64,000 bases of DNA, from positions 164,610,001 to 164,674,000 of the forward strand of contig OZ024743.1 in assembly GCA_964016885.1 (NCBI GenBank), read 5' to 3'. This stretch comes from Eledone cirrhosa (Eukaryota). The translations under genes were made by a program, and so were the position numbers. This document shows positions 60,765 to 64,000 of this stretch, piece after piece; the first letter of the stretch is position 1, and every line of letters begins with the position of its first letter. Under the pieces are notes generated by a model. It saw only the letters and a list, made by a program, of their open reading frames with translations. It ran no database searches and was not told where the DNA came from.

Positions 60765-60823
60765 ATACTCTTTTACTCTTTTACCTGTTTCAGCCATCCG
60801 GCTGAGGCCATGCTGGGGCACCG
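60765..60823 (-). mobile_element. SINE/LINE 3'-end fragment with (TAAAAGAG)n tail
   Basis: Minus strand GGTGCCCCAGCATGGCC..GAAACAGGTAAAAGAGTAAAAGAGTA. Confidence 0.55.
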
Positions 60824-60827
60824 TATA

Positions 60828-60904
<77 letters not shown>

Positions 60905-60905
<1 letters not shown>

Positions 60906-63900
60906 TATGTAAAAATATTACAAATTATCAGAGGAAATATACATACCTTCACATATACATGCTGTCTTCAGAAATGATAAGATTTTTTTTATTGAAAAAA
61001 AACCAACAAAGATTTTATATAAAAGTCTGTTTGTGAACAGGTTTTGAATTGACCAATAGAAAATTAGTTAGAGATCAAGTTGATAGAATAGTGGTAGTAG
61101 ACATTTAATTTAGGGGTAGAGGAGTGTAGATTTATGTTTTGAATGAAAAGAATACTTTGGGAATGAAAAGAGGTCAAGCCAGTGAAGGGTGCATGAAAAT
61201 TTGATGTTATTAAAGAATAATGTTAAAAACGAAGGAAAATAAAATTTTAGGGTAAGGGTATTAGTGAGAAATACCAATCTTATTTAAACCACAAGGAATC
61301 TAGATCTATAACAAGAAATTAAATTAATTGATACGTATACTTATAGGGATAAATTTATATTAATTTATATGAATGTGATAAATAAGAATTAGATGTTATT
61401 AAAGAGTGTTGTTAAAAACGAAGGAAAGTAAAATTTTGGGATAAGGGTAGTAGTGAGAAATACCAATCTTATATAAACTACAAGCAATCTAGATTCATAA
61501 CAGGAAATTAAATTAATTTATAGGTATACATTTAGGTATTAATTTTAGGAAAAGAGAGCTGTAAAAGGGAAATAAAATTATGAAGTTCTCTGTAGTAAAG
61601 TAGTGATTATAGGTTAACTAAATTTAAAAAACTGATTATAATAATATGTAAAATATAAGTGTAAGGTGTATATTAATTAGGTTTATAATATTTGAAGGTT
61701 CTTCTAATTCTATGATTGCAAGATATAATTAATTCCTGTCGCTTATTTAATAGGATATCCTTAGATTTCATGATTTCAAAAAGTTCCTGGGAGCATAACC
61801 TACACTCGTATCTGTTATTTTGATAAGGGGTGGCCCTTCTTCTTTCCAATAATCTTAGCCCATCAGAAATTGAAAAAAATAAAAAACTCAATAGAACTTT
61901 CCTCAAAGACTATTACAATCTCACTATTACATTTGAAAACACCAGTAAAATAATCAATTTCCTTGATATAACTTTAGACCTATCTACGGGTATCTACCAA
62001 CCTTACCATAAACTTAACCAAAACTTACATTACATACACTCACAATCCAATCACCCTAAATCTATCCTTAAAAACCTAGCATATAATATCTCACTCAGAA
62101 TCTCTAACCTTTCATTTAACCAGGATGTATTCGATAAAAACGCGCCCTTTTATAACGAAGCTTTAGCTAGAAGCGGCCACAAAAAAAATTAGTCTATATA
62201 CCTTGCACCAATAATACTTTAAACATACAACCCAATATTACCAACAAACACCAAATGAAAAACCCACACCTAAATGCCACTCATACTACACCCAAAAATA
62301 CCAACCTAAAACGTAATTTCTCTACCTCTTCTCACATAAAATATAATGACTTTCAAAAAAACCATTCATCCTAATACTCCAATATATGTTAACAATATTA
62401 CTAACAAAATTCCTGGTAATCAGACTAAAACACCTAAATCAGTTATTCTAACTAAACCTATATATAATAAATTCACTAATAGTAACTCTCTTAGTAAACA
62501 TCCTGATACATCGTATAATTATAAAAAAAACAATATCGAAACCGTAATAGACGGGTTACTTGGTATAATGCTCCATTTAATCTACAAATTAAAGATAATA
62601 TCCCTAAAAATATTTTTACTATCCTAGAGAAAAACTTCCCGCCAAACCATAAATACCATCAAATTTTAAATAGATCAACTGTCATTCCTACTCCACTACC
62701 AAAAATATACAACAAAATATAAGTGCGTACAACGCATATAAATGTAAAAAAAAGCACAAATATACCACCAACACATCAAACCAACCATAATACTAAAATA
62801 AACCGCAACAAACCACCATCTTCTTCACCTATAACAAGTCGAGTAAATTTGACTAACTCCCCTGATATAATATTCACGAATGGTTGTAACTGTAGAATCA
62901 AAAGAAATTGCCCATTAAGGGAAATTGTCTTATTAATAACATAGTCTATAAATGTAAAATTAGCACTAAGGACTCCACTTATTCATATATAGGAGCTACA
63001 TCTAACCAATTTAAAGTAAGATTTAATACCCACAAACATAGTTTTAAAAATGCCGTATTAGCTAATACAAAATCCTTGGCTGAAACATTAATAATTATAG
63101 AAAGAAGAATATCGATTACAACCTGACCTGGAGTGTGTTCAAAAGGGCCAACCCTTATCAAAATAACAGATACGAGTGTAGGTTATGCTCCCAGGAACTT
63201 TTTGAAATCATGAAATCTAAGGATATCCTATTAAATAAGCGACAGGAATTAATTATATCTTGCAATCATAGAATTAGAAGAACCTTCAAATATTATAAAC
63301 CTAATTAATATACACCTTACACTTACATTTTACATATTATTATAATTATTTTTTTTTAAATTTAGTTAACCTATAATTAGTACTTTACTACAGAGAACTT
63401 CATAATTTAATTTCCTGTTATGAATCTAGATTGCTTGTAGTTTATATAAGATTGGTATTTCTCACTACTACCCTTATCCCAAAATTTTACTTTCCTTCGT
63501 TTTTAATAACATCTAGTTCTTATTTATCACATTCATATAAATTAATATAAATTTATCCCTATAAGTATACCTATCAATTAATTTAATTTCTTGTTATAGA
63601 TCTAGATTCCTTGTGGTTTAAATAAGATTGGTATTTCTCACTAATACTCTTACCCTAAAATTTTATTTTCCTTCGTTTTTAACATTATTCTTTAATAACA
63701 TCTTTAATAACATTCTTTAATAACATAAAGGCGGTGGATTGGCAGTATCGGTAGAGGGTCGGACGTCATGCTTTCCAGCATAGTTACGTCCCTTTACGAT
63801 CTGAGTTCAAATCCCGCCGAGGTTGACTTTGCCTTTCATCGTTACGGGGTCGATAAAATAAAGTACCAGTAATGCACTGGGTAATTGCTGGCCTTGTGCC

Positions 63901-64000
63901 TAAAGTAGAAACAATTATTCTTTAATAACATCAAATTTTCATGTACCCTTCACTGGCTTGACCACTTTTCATCTCCAAAATATTATTTTCATTCAAAGTG
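60905..64000 (+). mobile_element. Degraded Naiad PLE (RT thumb + GIY-YIG, from 61830) preceded by an inverted copy of its own 3' region (about 60905-61836)
   Basis: INFLDITL, SNHP, CNCRIKRNCP, IVYKC/YIGAT, CRLC..E, CNH; 61135-61836 is inverted relative to 63143-64000. Confidence 0.88.
63730..63917 (+). mobile_element. tRNA-derived Meta-domain SINE with about 14-bp TSD
   Basis: Homolog of 59504-59688; TSD TTCTTTAATAACAT; absent from the inverted arm (about 61205). Confidence 0.85.

Overview
Eukaryotic intergenic DNA made almost entirely of transposable elements, with no host gene visible. The SINE, RTE and (TA)n content resembles a cephalopod (Octopus-like) genome; this is an inference. Contents: (i) about 15 copies or fragments of three RTE-clade LINE families (A, B, C; APE endonuclease + RT, (GAT)n tails), nearly all in (TA)n microsatellites; every copy covering that region has a C4HC3 PHD-type zinc finger inserted inside the RT domain. 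(ii) Two clades of Penelope-like elements (PLEs): Naiad-type RT + GIY-YIG, including one apparently full-length copy with 192-bp hammerhead-bearing terminal repeats, and a Cys-linker Neptune/Hydra-like type. (iii) At least three non-coding, circularly permuted or tandem 430-660 nt units with minimal type I hammerhead ribozymes (retrozyme-like), one with a U3-A8 compensatory core. (iv) Recurrent fold-back 5' inversions of PLE-type inserts. (v) A truncated Tigger/pogo transposon, two non-autonomous Helitrons, CORE-SINEs and Meta-SINEs. The many IYIY ORFs are microsatellite artefacts. Coordinates and RNA folds were read by eye and may be off by a few nt.
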